Source: Torpedo marmorata
Taxonomy: Eukaryota
Assembly (NCBI GenBank): GCA_977017645.1
Contig: OZ360245.1
Location: forward strand, 23,126,001-23,190,000
DNA length: 64,000 nt
Direction of reading: 5' to 3'
The translations under genes and the position numbers were made by a program. Shown piece after piece: positions 27,592-38,640 of the stretch. Every line of letters begins with the position of its first letter. Positions within the stretch are counted from its first letter, which is position 1. The notes beneath the pieces are model-generated. The model had not been told where the DNA came from. It saw nothing but the letters and a program-made list of their open reading frames with translations, and searched no databases.

Positions 27592-27600
27592 TTGGAAAGT
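25317..27600 (+). mobile_element. L1-clade LINE, 5'-truncated within RT, degenerate
   Basis: Begins in RT ([18 protein letters not shown]). Later CDRC-x8-HMFWSC and LEKIR..FLNLWGPFL. 3' UTR with (TA)n and AATAAA near 27583. Confidence 0.9.
27449..27542. repeat. Perfect 94-bp palindrome with no spacer, between (TA)n tracts
   Basis: 47-bp arms centred on aag|ctt at 27495/27496. (TA)n at about 27367-27388 and 27541-27582. Confidence 0.95.
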
Positions 27601-27888
27601 GAAATAAATGTGGATGAATTCATTGTTACACCAAATGTCTTTCATCGCAAACATTGTAAACAGAACATTGTAGATCTTGGATGAATACCAGTGTTTTATT
27701 TTAGCAACAATTTAGTACCACATATTGGAGGGATATTGATCTTTCATTTTATTATTATCCTATCTCTATCTATCAGCTTTAATGCAAAACATCCCATTAG
27801 GAACCATGCAACTTCCAATGAACCCCCCTCATCTCTTTCAATGTGATTGCTAACTCATTGCTAAATGATGTTGTAGCTCATTTCTGTC

Positions 27889-28134
27889 ACATTATAGCAC
27901 CAATAGCCTGAATACGACTGGGATTGTCTGATCTCAGCAGCTAAGCAGGCACAGGACTGGTCAGTACTTGGAGGGGAGACTGCCAAGGAACACTAGGTGC
28001 TGTAGGTTTCTATGAGGGGCGCTGGACAAAGTAGCGACCCTCTGTCTGCCTTACGGTAGACAAAAAATAAAGAATTTCATGTATGTTACATTCTAAATGT
28101 AGTATTATGTGACAATAATGGAACCTTTACCTTT
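27889..28134 (+). mobile_element. 5S rRNA-derived SINE (SINE3-type)
   Basis: Head aligns to 5S rRNA (gtctgatctc..agctaagcagg..ctggtcagtacttgga.gggagac.gcc..ggaa.ac..ggtgctgtagg). Followed by an unrelated body and an (accttt)n tail. Absent from the sister copy of the 418-bp duplication, which fixes its boundaries. Confidence 0.88.
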
Positions 28135-28431
28135 TATCTGATGTCATGTTGGGCAAAAGTTCAGATTGCTCAATCTCACCTCACTTTTGAAATAGAAAGA
28201 AGATAATCCTCTGTAATGATGGACTCCAAGGTGAAAGTACACTGGCTGGTGCCAGTAATAAATAACATCTTGTTTTCCCGCCAAACAAATCCATGCAATT
28301 TTCAACTATATTGAACTCAAACCTTAAGGACTTAAGATTCCTTTCATTTGAGCTTTTGCTAGCAGTTATAGAAAGCCTGTAAATTTAATTCACTTAGTTC
28401 AAATTCAAGTTTATTATCTGACTGTCTATAT

Positions 28432-28650
28432 CAGGGGCGGGCAACCTTTTACCATGCGTGGGCCGGATGGTGTGTCAGTGGTTGAACGGCGGGCCGCTCT
28501 GATTCTACCATAAATGAAATAAAATGAATAAATAAATAAATGAAATAAATACAATGATGCATTTCAGGTCAGGGAAGGCATCTTCAAATCTGGAAATGCA
28601 CCAAAAATCACGAGTTAGTCATTAAAATGACACAATAAAAAAAAAAACAT
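28432..28650. mobile_element. hAT/Charlie-like transposon end, truncated
   Basis: Starts caggggcgggcaacctttt...gggccg, a typical hAT terminus. No matching right TIR was found. Confidence 0.45.
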
Positions 28651-29075
28651 AAAAGTCAAAAAGGAGAAAAATTAGTCACAAGCATCACATGTAGGTGTGA
28701 GGAAAGGGTAGTTAGTGCTTTTGGCACCACAACCCAGAATAAACCAGGTCCTTCAAGAGAGAAGAAAAGGCAGAAAAGGAGAGGTTCAGGAAGGAAGTTT
28801 GAAAACAGGTTATACTATCACCATATTGGGGCATTCTATGACGATGCCACAACGCTTATGTTTCTCTCACTGCAAGAAGCTTAAAAAAAAACTCAGTTGG
28901 TGTCATGCAAGGAAGCTGCTGTAATTCTCAAATTAATTCTATGGCATTTCGACAGAGTTCAGGGACTGAACAACAGAGATTACATGGTTACATATCATGA
29001 GCAGTTGCTAGCCTCAATAATGTAGCAAATCAGCAATGTATAAATAAGCACCAATCTGTCCACGGGTCAACTCAC

Positions 29076-29210
29076 CCTAATGGTAAACAGTTTTTTCCAT
29101 TCCGGCCTTACATAGAAGAGGATTCCCCGCCAGGCCCCCGGCAGGGTGGCACCCCGCACTAAGAGAATAAACAGCACAACATAGGGCAGAGTGGCAGTTA
29201 CCCATACAAC
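29076..29210 (-). CDS. slc6a4: Serotonin transporter coding exon 5
   Basis: [45 protein letters not shown]. tttgcag acceptor, AGG|gtgagt donor, 135 nt. Confidence 0.97.
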
Positions 29211-29682
29211 CTGCAAAAGTAATAAACATTTAGGCAGTTGTAAAAATAAGACAACACACATCTTGAATGTGACAAATATTTATATTTGTCCCTGCTGTGA
29301 GCCTTCCAAGCTGCACAGAATCCTTCATAGTTTACTTAGATTGTCCACAATGGTTCAGGTCTGTTTAAATCTTGTTGTGATGCGAGCAGTGCTTTGTCCA
29401 GCTGTGGGAGACAGGCCATGCTGATCCTAGCATGCATGTTTGAGTGATGAATCAAAGGACAATTCACGGTGCTTCAGATCGGAAGAACAAAGCAGGATTA
29501 CGAAATGCAAGTTAGCCTTTAAACGCAGAATAGGAAGAAGTGTGATGAATTGCTGCTTGACCAAGAATGACTCTTTGTATCACTGGATAGTGAGAAGGGA
29601 AATCTTGTTATGTTGCAGCCAGCAAAAATAAAAACGTGAGCATGGCCAGCACTGGTTATGGCATTAGGGCCAAGGTCACGTT

Positions 29683-30874
29683 AACCCTTTTTATGGTGCA
29701 ACCCCTCATTAAAGCCGGCTCAAGTAAAAAAATAAAAAGGTGAAATTATCATACTTTTTATGGTGACGACCTATATGGCGTTTCCAGCGTTGCCTTTATG
29801 CTGAGCTGCGTCGGGAGTTCAATCTGAGGGAGGCGGGGCAAGTGGTGCAGTAGCGCCGCCCGCCCCGACGTCAAACTTACGCGCCGAGAAGGGAAAGTGG
29901 CCTATACCCTCAATGGCGACCGAAGAGCAGGTAAGAGCGCTGGTGGAGATCTGTGCAGGCAGTCTTAGGACTCAGGCAGATCTCCTGCGCAGCGTAATTA
30001 GCTCTACAGGTTTTTTAAAAATCGCGCTCCTGGGTCGCGGGCTGACAGCGTCATCGCGACGTCATCAGCCCTCCCCTTTGCAGCCGCTTTCAGTGGCTTT
30101 CGTTTTATGGAGGAGGTGGAGAGATTCTCTCCACCACTAGGCCCTTTTATAGTGCAAAAAAAGCGATTGTAAAGACAGAACATTTCTGTCTTTAAGTCAC
30201 TTCACTTACCTCCATAAAAGGTCCGATGGCGGATTGGCCAGTCGAACTCCGATCCGCCTGGGGGGTACACACAGAGGTGGAGAGATTCTCTCCACCTCCT
30301 CCATAAAACGAAAGCCACTGAAAGCAGCTGCAAAGTGGAGGGCTGATTCCGTCGCGATGACACCATCAGCCCGTGACCCAGGAGCGCGATTTTTTTAAAA
30401 ACCTGTAGAGCTAATTACGCTGCGCAGGAGATCTGCCTGAGTCCTAAGACTGCCTGCACAGATCTCCACCAGCGCTCTTACCTGCTCTTCGGTCGCCATT
30501 TCGGGTTTTGGTCGCTTTCCCTTCTCGGCGCGTAAGTTTGACGTCGTGGCGGGCGGTGCTACTGCATCACTCGCCCCGCCTCCCTCAGATCGAGAAGCCG
30601 GCTCCCGACGCAGCTCAGCATAAAGGCAACGCTGGATACGCCATATAGGTCGTCACCATAAAAAGTAATTTCACCTTTTTATTTTTTTCCTTGAGCAGGC
30701 TTTAATGCAGGGTTGCACCATAAAAAGGGTTTCTGTGTGTACCCCCCTAGGTGGATTGGAGTTCGACTGGCCAATCCGCCATCGGACTTTTTATGGAGGT
30801 AAATGAAGCGACTTAAAGACAGAAATGTTCTGTCTTTACAATCGCTTTTTTTTGCACTATAAAAGAGCCCAGTG
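29683..30874. mobile_element. Large foldback (MITE-like, possibly PIF/Harbinger) element with interleaved inverted repeats A-B-A'-B'
   Basis: A (29683-30135) is inverted at 30274-30731. B (30136-30273) is inverted at about 30732-30874. CpG-rich and non-coding. Superfamily not established. Confidence 0.8.
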
Positions 30875-31581
30875 GCATATGCAATTCTTAGATGTTGACA
30901 GCTAACTGGCAGACAGGAGGCTACAGTCACAAGACAGTTACAGATGACTAAAGGCTAATCAGCCCAATTTAATTTGTACATTCAGAACAAACTGCCTTGC
31001 TGCTGTGAAATTCAAAAGCCTGCAATCGGTCAAAGGATTAGAGTAAGAATGGTTCCACTAAGTTATTTTTATTTACTGCAAATTGTGATCATTTGAGCCA
31101 AAAACTACCATTCAAAAAAAAGCGAGGTGGATTCTAAATCATGATCATTTGGTAAACAGTAAAATATTGGCAAGTTGTAAATGGGCACATATTCACTGGA
31201 GGCATAGTCATAACAGCTACTTGGTCAGATCTGTACAAGCAGAGATTGGAATCAGAACCTACAAAACAAAACTTAACCCCTACCAATAATTATGAACTCT
31301 ACTGTAATCAAAAAACTGCATGCTGGAAACATGAAATCAAAACAGAAAATACACAAGATAGTCAGCAGGTGAGAAGAAGTTGTTTTGGATCATTGATCTT
31401 TCCTCAGAACTGGAAAAGTAAGAAAGCAACTGAGTTCTCAGTTATTGAGGGAAGGAATGAAGCGGACAAAGATCTGGGTCTGCAAGAGTGTTAAGACTAA
31501 AATTGTCCAAACAAAACAATGGCAGACAATTGGTTAATCAACATTCATCACCTTAGCTGATCTGTCTGGAAGAGTGTAAAT

Positions 31582-32350
31582 ATTGAGATTCTTTTATTGT
31601 CATGTAATAAAACAGAAAATGTAATATTAAACAAAATCTCCTTTAGTCTACCACAAGGCAGACAAAGATTCGCCATCAGTAAAAATTGCCTGGCGCCCCT
31701 TACAGTCAGAGAAAGAGAAGCAAAAGAGAATCACTGAGAGTCCATGGATTCGCCTCCAGCGATCCCGTAGCCTCCGTAGCCACATCGACTTTAGTCCAAA
31801 CCATCGGCAACCCGAGCTCCAGATCCAAACGATCAGGAAGCCCTTAGCGCCCTCGGCACCCTCTCACATCTCGGTTCCAATACCTGGTACCCCTTCAGCC
31901 AGTCTCCAGCAGTCCACAGCCTGGTGCGAGTTCCTTGACCGCAGTCGCCAGCAGCTCACCGCCTGTGTGTTCTTCAGCCTGAGCCCCTCACTGGTCGACC
32001 GCCATGGTCACTGACTCGAGGGTCATCTCCTCTGCTTCTCCTTCTCAAATGGGGAGGTGGTCTCCCCATTTTCTGGTGCCTTGCACCAGTCCTCTTCTTC
32101 CCCAAAGTCTGCAACCCCTCATAGCCGCTGCCAGCACAGGCACCGCCATCTTGGGCCCAGACCCCACGGCCACAGGATTTTAAAATAAACCACCGTCAGC
32201 TCCTTTAACAGGCTGTTTAAAGCCTGTATGGAGCCGAATGCAGTCAGACTGGCGGTTGGACCCCCACGGGGGAGCACTGTGACTCCGCTCCCCACTCTCT
32301 GCAGGTCCACAGCAGTGCTGCCGTTACAGCAGCTCCGGCAGCGCTGCCAG
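31582..32350 (-). mobile_element. Probable non-autonomous retroposon
   Basis: GC-rich non-coding body. Its 3' tail (tattacatgacaataaa..aatctcaat) recurs at about 46495-46577 (+) and resembles the SINE3 tail. Confidence 0.45.
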
Positions 32351-32351
32351 A

Positions 32352-32690
32352 TTTTTTTTTTTTTTTTTTGCAAACACACATACAAACAAACGATATATTT
32401 GCAGTATGTATAAACAGAAATAAACATAATAAATATTGTTCAATAAATAGTTGAGTCTCGGAGGGTTTGTATGAGCAGTTCATCAGTCATTCACAGTCAT
32501 TCAGCAGTCTCACTGACTTTGGGAAGAAGCTGTTTCTCAGCCTGGTGGTTCTGGCTCTGATACTCCTGTATCTCTTTCCCGACAGGAGTTGCTGGAAGAT
32601 GCTGTGTGCAGGATTATAGGGATCCTCAATGATTTTGTGTGCCCTCTTCAGACAACGATCCCGGTAGATCTTGTTGATGGGTGGGGGGGG
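32352..32690 (-). mobile_element. Rex1/Babar-type LINE 3' fragment with poly(A)
   Basis: IIEDPYNPAHSIFQQLLSGKRYRSIRARTTRLRNSFFPKSVRLLN is the typical Rex/Babar C-terminus. T-run at 32352-32369. Confidence 0.75.
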
Positions 32691-32738
32691 GAGGGGTGCG
32701 GGGGAGTAGGGGGTGAGGGAGACCCCTACAGGTGAATG

Positions 32739-32844
32739 GTAAAAACACAATGCTGGAGAAACATAGCAGGTCAGTGTACTTTATATAACAAAGTTAAAGA
32801 TACATAACCAACGGTTCGGGCTTGAGCCCTTCATCAAGGTATGG
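32739..32844 (-). mobile_element. Solo ~106-bp Penelope terminus fragment starting at a hammerhead-like motif
   Basis: ccataccttgatgaagggctcaagcccgaaccgttggttatg...ctccagcattgtgtttttac matches 11610-11720. Confidence 0.8.
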
Positions 32845-32949
32845 CTTTACATCAGAAACTGGCCAGTACACACACAAAACAGGAAATTTTTTTGAATTCA
32901 ACATGCCAAGACAGAAGATGAGGTAAAACTTCTCGAGGCTTGTCTTGGG

Positions 32950-34560
32950 TTTTGTCGAAAAATTATAGGGGGCCAAAATCAGAGGTCAAACTGGGATTGG
33001 GATAGAGAACTAAAATGATAACCAACTGAAAGTTCAGGGTCGCCATTGCAGACTGCTCTGTAAATTAGTTATCCAAACTGCATTTAGTTTCTCTTTTGTA
33101 GACGAGACAACAATAGAACCCTTCTGCCCCACGATGTTGTACCAATCTATATAAACCTATTCCAGCATAGTAACACTTCCCAACCTCACAGTCCATAACC
33201 CTCTATTTTTCTTACATCCATGTGCCTATCTAAGAGTCTTTTAAATGTTCCTATTGTACCACCCTCCACCCAGCAATGCATTCCAGGCACCCATCACTCA
33301 ATGTGTAAAGATCTGTATGTCTGAGATCTCCCCTAAACTTTCTTCCACTCACCTTAAACAAATATCTTCTGATATTAGCCATTGCCGCCCTGGGTAAAAG
33401 GTGCTGGCTGTCCACTCTATGCCTTTCACAATCTTCTACAATACAAGGACATTATAATGGAAGAAATACAAGTGAATTGTTGCTCCACCTGGAAGGATTT
33501 TCTTTTTATTTATTTATTTATTTTTTTTAGGTCCCTCAATGGTGGTATGCAGAGATTTAAAAAAAAGTAAAACTTGCATCTCCCATGGATAATGCCATGA
33601 ATGGGTTGCTAGTGGAAATGGAAGAGTGAACAAATCCTATAGGGACCCTTAAAGGGGAGGGAGGAGAAAGATGTCTGGTGGTGGAGTCTCAGAAAGTGGC
33701 AGATATTACAGGAAGGTCAAATGTTAAATGCAAACCAGCTGGGGTACAGAACACCTCCAATCACTTTGCAAGAATGACCCTGAACCACTTTAGTGCTCCA
33801 TCCCAATTCCATTACACACCAATGCTTCTGAGATGTTTTCCTTTCTTTAGCACCAGCTTCCCTCTACAATAACCAATGAGACTTGTAACTGTGAATGCTC
33901 ATTTTCCTGCACTTAATGGTCATTTTCCCCTTCTCCTCCCAGCCTAAGTTGGGGTTTAATTTATCCTGCCCTTCCACCCAGCAGCCTCCACATATAAAAG
34001 AATGTCCTCCAAAGTTTTCACCACTTTCAATGAGATTCCAGCATCAGATGCATTTTCTCCTCCAGTCCTCCCCTCCCTTTTCAACTTCCTGAATAAATCG
34101 TTGTCTGCTTCAGTATTCCATTTCTATCAATCACTTTGTTTTTCATAACACTTACAGCACATAACTACCTCTCCTTTTACCCCTTCCCTTCTCACTATCC
34201 AGTGATACAAAGAGTCATTCTTGGTCAAGCAGCAATTCATCACACTTCTTCCTATTTACTATATTGTATTCAGTGCTCACAACATGGCATTTTCTGGAGT
34301 GAGGAGAAACCAAGTGAAAATACTATCTTGCAGTATATTTCAGTTTCACAAGAGTAACTGTAAACATCGTATTGCTTGCCACATTAAATCCCCATCCCAA
34401 AGCCATTCTGACCTCTGTCTTTGGCCTTCCATAGACTTACAACAAAGACTAATACATGTTTGAGAAATGGCATCTATTCTTATTCTCGGTATTTGTAGCC
34501 CTAAGGACTCAACATTTGAGTTCCATAATTCCAGGTAACCAACCTTATTTACATCAGAAC
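32950..34560. mobile_element. Cluster of old degenerate Penelope fragments (both strands) with a CR1 fragment at about 33115-33440
   Basis: Remnants of the GIY-YIG region (e.g. YLLYCIQCSQ, ACHIKSPSQSHSDL) and a CR1 3' end. Boundaries approximate. Confidence 0.55.
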
Positions 34561-34613
34561 AAGCCTGCTTCAGTATCACTTGCAAGATTAACTTCGTTTT
34601 TTCCCCCCTCACC

Positions 34614-37464
34614 TTGATGAGGTTACTAAGAGGGTTGACGAGGGGAAGGCTGTAGATGTTGTCTTTTTGGACTTTAGTAAGGCATTTTTAAAAAAAATAT
34701 TTTACTTAAAATTTTTAAATCACAAAATACATAAAATAAAATATAAAATTATCAAAATATTTGTGATACATTTTCACCCCCCCTTCCCCCTCCCCTCCCC
34801 AACCCTCCCAACCCCACTAATCTAATAAAAATAAAAATAGAAAATAAAAATAGAAAAAGAAGTAAAAGAAAGAAAAAAATAGAGTAAGGAGAATGCCAAT
34901 CTATAAACTAATCCTATTATGGAGGTCAAGTATGCCAGTAGATCCGATATCAGGAGATCTTCAAATCCTTAAACCAACAACTTTCATATATGGGCTCCAA
35001 ATTTTTAAGAAGAAATGATATTTGTTACGTAAATTATAACTAATTTTTTCCAGTGGTATACACAAACGAAGTTCTGCATGCCATCTTTCTAATCCTAAAT
35101 CTAAATCAGATTTCCAAGTAATAGCAATACATTTCTTTGAAACAGCTAAAGCAATACGCAAAAATTCTATTTGATACATATTTAACTTCATCTTAATACT
35201 AAATTTTCTAATATCTCCAAACAAAAATATCATAGGATCCATTGGAAATGTAATCTTAAATACTTTATCTAAAAATTTTTTAACTTTCAACCAAAAATCA
35301 TAAACTTTTGGACAAAACCATGTAGAATGTACAAAAGAACCTTCCTCTTTATTACATCTAAAACATAAACCTGATAATGTCAGATTAAATTTCTTTAGTT
35401 TTTTAGGTGTTAAATATAATTGATGAAAAAAATTGTATTGCACTAATCTATATCTAACATTAATAATCTTCGTCATACTTAATTTACATAATTCTTTCCA
35501 ATGATTTTCATCTATTCTTACATTCAAATCTAATTCCCATTTTAATCTTGATTTATGAATTCCTACTTTAGGCATTTTCCTCTGAAACAATTTATACACT
35601 TGAGAAATAAATTTATTGACATCTCCTTTAGTAACTAATAGTTCTAATTCATTCTGTCTTGGTAAAATCAAAGCATAACCTAATTTCTCAATCAGAAAAG
35701 CTCTAATTTGATAATAAGCAAAAAGTGTATTATCTAATATATTAAATTTATCTTTCATTCTTTCAAAAGTAATAAATTTCCCAGCTTCAAAACAATCATT
35801 AATTTTCTTAATTCCTTTTTGAAACCAAATTTTAAATAATTGATTATTAATAGTAAATGGAATAAGTCCATTTTGATATAAAGGCATCCTTGAAGAAATC
35901 AATCCTTTTCCTCCTATTTCCTTATCCGTCTTATTCCATATTTCTAACAAATGTTTAAGAATAGGAGAATTTTTCTTTCTTGTTGATATTAATTTAGAAT
36001 CCCATTTATAAATAACTTCTTCTTTGGAATCTTCTCCTATATTATTTAATTCTATTTTAATCCAAGCAGAAGATTTAGTTGAATCAAAAAATTCATTAAC
36101 AAATTTTAATTGAGCTGCTTTATAATAATTTTGGAAATTAGGAAGTTGTAAACCACCCATTTCATAATTCCAAGTTAACTTTTTCATACCTACTCTTGCT
36201 AACTTTCCTTTCCATAAGAATTTTCTAATAATTGAATTTAAATCTTAAAAAAATTTTTGAGGAATTTCATAAGGAATTGATTGATTTAGTAAGGCATTTG
36301 ACAAGGTTCCGCATAAGAGGCTCGTTAGGAAGGTTCAAGCATTAGGTATTAATGACGAAGTAGTGAAATGGATTCAACAATGGTTGGATAGGAGATGCCA
36401 GAGAATAGTGGTGGAAAATTGTTTGTCAAATTGGAGGCCAGTGACTAGTGGAGTGCCTCAGGGATTGGTACTGGGTCCATTGTTGTTTGTCATATATATT
36501 AATGATCTAGATGATAGGTTGGTAAATTGGATTAGTAAGTATGCAGATGATACGAAGATTGGTGGTGTTGTGGACAGTGAAGAGGGATATCAAAGCTTGC
36601 AGGGGGATATAGGACAGTTAGAAGAGTGGGCGGAAACATGGCAGATGGAGTTTAATACTGATAAATGTGAGGTGCTACATTTTGGTAGGATTAATCAGCA
36701 AAGGTCATACATGTTAAATAGAAGACAATTGAGAAGTGCAGTAGAACAGAGGGATTTAGGAATTCTGGTACATAATTCCCTGAAAGTTGAGTCACACATA
36801 GATAGGGAGGTGAAGAAAGCATTTGGTACGTTGGCCTTCATAAATCAGAGTATTGAATATAGGAGTTGGGATGTCATGTTGAAGTTGTATAAGGCATTGG
36901 TGAGGCCAAATTTGGAATATTGTGCACAGTTTTGGTCACCGAATTACAGGAAGGATATGAACAGAATAGAGAGAGTGCAGAGGAGATTTACAAGAATGTT
37001 GCCTGGGTTTCTGGGTTTGAGTTACAGGGAAAGGTTGAACAAGCTGGGACTTTATTCCCTGGAGCGTAGAAGGTTGAGGGGTGATTTGATAGAGGTATTT
37101 AAAATTATGAAGGGGACAGATAGAGTCAATGTGGACAGGCTTTTTCCATTGAGAGTGAGGAAGATTCAAACAAGAGGGCATGGATTGAGATTTAAGGGGG
37201 AAAAGTTTAGAGGAAACATGAGGGGGAATTTCTTCACTCAGAGGGTGGTAGGAGGGTGGAACGAGCTTCCAGCCGAAGTGGTAGATGCAGGTTCAATTTT
37301 AATGTTTAAGGAAAGGTTGGATAGGTATATGGACGAGAGAAGTGTGGAGGGTTATGGGCCGGGTGCGGATCAGTGGGACGAGGTGGGAGAATGTGTTCGG
37401 CATGGACTAGAAGGGCCAAACTGGCCTGTTTCTGTGCTGTAAATGTTATATGGTTATATGGTTA
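34614..37464 (+). mobile_element. CR1 LINE, 5'-truncated, split by a nested L1
   Basis: DEVTKRVDEGKAVDVVFLDFSKAF resumes as DKVPHKRL after the L1. Open 359-aa ORF 36363-37442 with SGVPQG and YADD. Tail (gttatatg)n. Confidence 0.93.
34688..36284 (-). mobile_element. L1-clade LINE, 5'-truncated, inserted in CR1 with 15-bp TSD
   Basis: Open 408-aa ORF nearly identical to 6985-8211. TSD tttagtaaggcattt at 34673-34687 and 36285-36299. Confidence 0.94.
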
Positions 37465-37593
37465 AATGGTCATTACCTGATCTGCTGGGTGTTTCCAGCA
37501 GTCTATTGCATTTAAGATTCCCAGCAGCTATTTTGTTCTGCATCTGAAACTTGCATTTTTTTCCCTCAATCCTCTCTACTGCCATCATCCATC

Positions 37594-37700
37594 ATACCTT
37601 GATGAAGGGCTCAAGCCCAAAACATTGATTATGTATCTTAATCTTTGCTATATAAAGTACACTGTTTGAACTGCTGAATTTCTCCAGCATTGTGTTTTTA
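37594..37700 (+). mobile_element. Solo ~107-bp Penelope terminus fragment starting at a hammerhead-like motif
   Basis: ataccttgatgaagggctcaagcccaaaacattgattatg...ctccagcattgtgttttta. Flanked by catcatccatc and catcattcatc (11 bp, one mismatch). Confidence 0.8.
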
Positions 37701-38640
37701 CATCATTCATCTCCCTCTGTTTATAGTCCAATGAGAGCAATGATTAACAAGCATCCATCATGCTTTCTTGGTTGACAGGCATGTGTGTCACCTGGACAAG
37801 CCACATATATTTTTTCTCCACCCTGTTTCCTTCCTACAAATTAAAATATACTTGTTTTCTCCTCTTTCTGGTTTTGATGAAAAAGTCAACACATTGAAAT
37901 GTTAATTCTGTTTCTCCACAGATGCTGCCTGGCCTGCTGAGCATTTCCAACATCTGTTATTTTTATTTCAACTCTAGTCGTGAGTGTTTGAGTATCTTCA
38001 AAGATGTATCTTTGCTGAAATCAAACTCTAAGACATTGGAAACTATTGAATGTTAACTTTATCAATGTTGAATGAATCCAAGAAAATGCACCACCAGCAT
38101 GCGAGAAAAAGAGTGGAAAACAGAACCGTGAGCAGCTACAGAAAAACGAACAATAAAATTCTGAAAAACCAGTTCCCTCAGGACTCCTGTTTCCGTGCTG
38201 TATGATTCTAGGATTTTGACAGTGCTGAATCAGCAGATTTTCTAGACAACTGGATTTACTCCTATTAACACCACAATACACTTTTAATTAACTTTTTAAG
38301 ATGTGATAAACTTTCCAGTGAATAAGCCAAGTTCAAAGGAGGCACAGAAAACAGTTCTCAGCATGTTTAAAAACAGTATAGAAAACAAGGTAACTGTGTT
38401 CAATGTGAGTGGAGAAAACGTAATCATAATTTCCAAACTACTGAATACCAGATCATATTTTACTGTACGATTCATTAAAAGCTGTTCCATTAATCAGAAA
38501 TTTTATCAGTAATTTGAAAGCAATACATTATTTTCCAGTCTTCAAGTTAAACACGCTGTGATTGTAGTTTGCACAAAAATGCTGGAGAAACTCAGCAAGT
38601 TATGCAACTTTTTTTTTTTTAAGTAGTAAAAATAAAGATA

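Noticed and set aside
27893-28010. Functional 5S rRNA gene
   Set aside because: Many substitutions against 5S, no tandem array, and it is fused to a retroposon body and tail, so it is a SINE head.
24899-28271. LTR retrotransposon with 418-bp LTRs
   Set aside because: The repeats lack TG...CA ends, PBS, PPT and an outer TSD, and the interior is an L1-type RT with a LINE 3' end.
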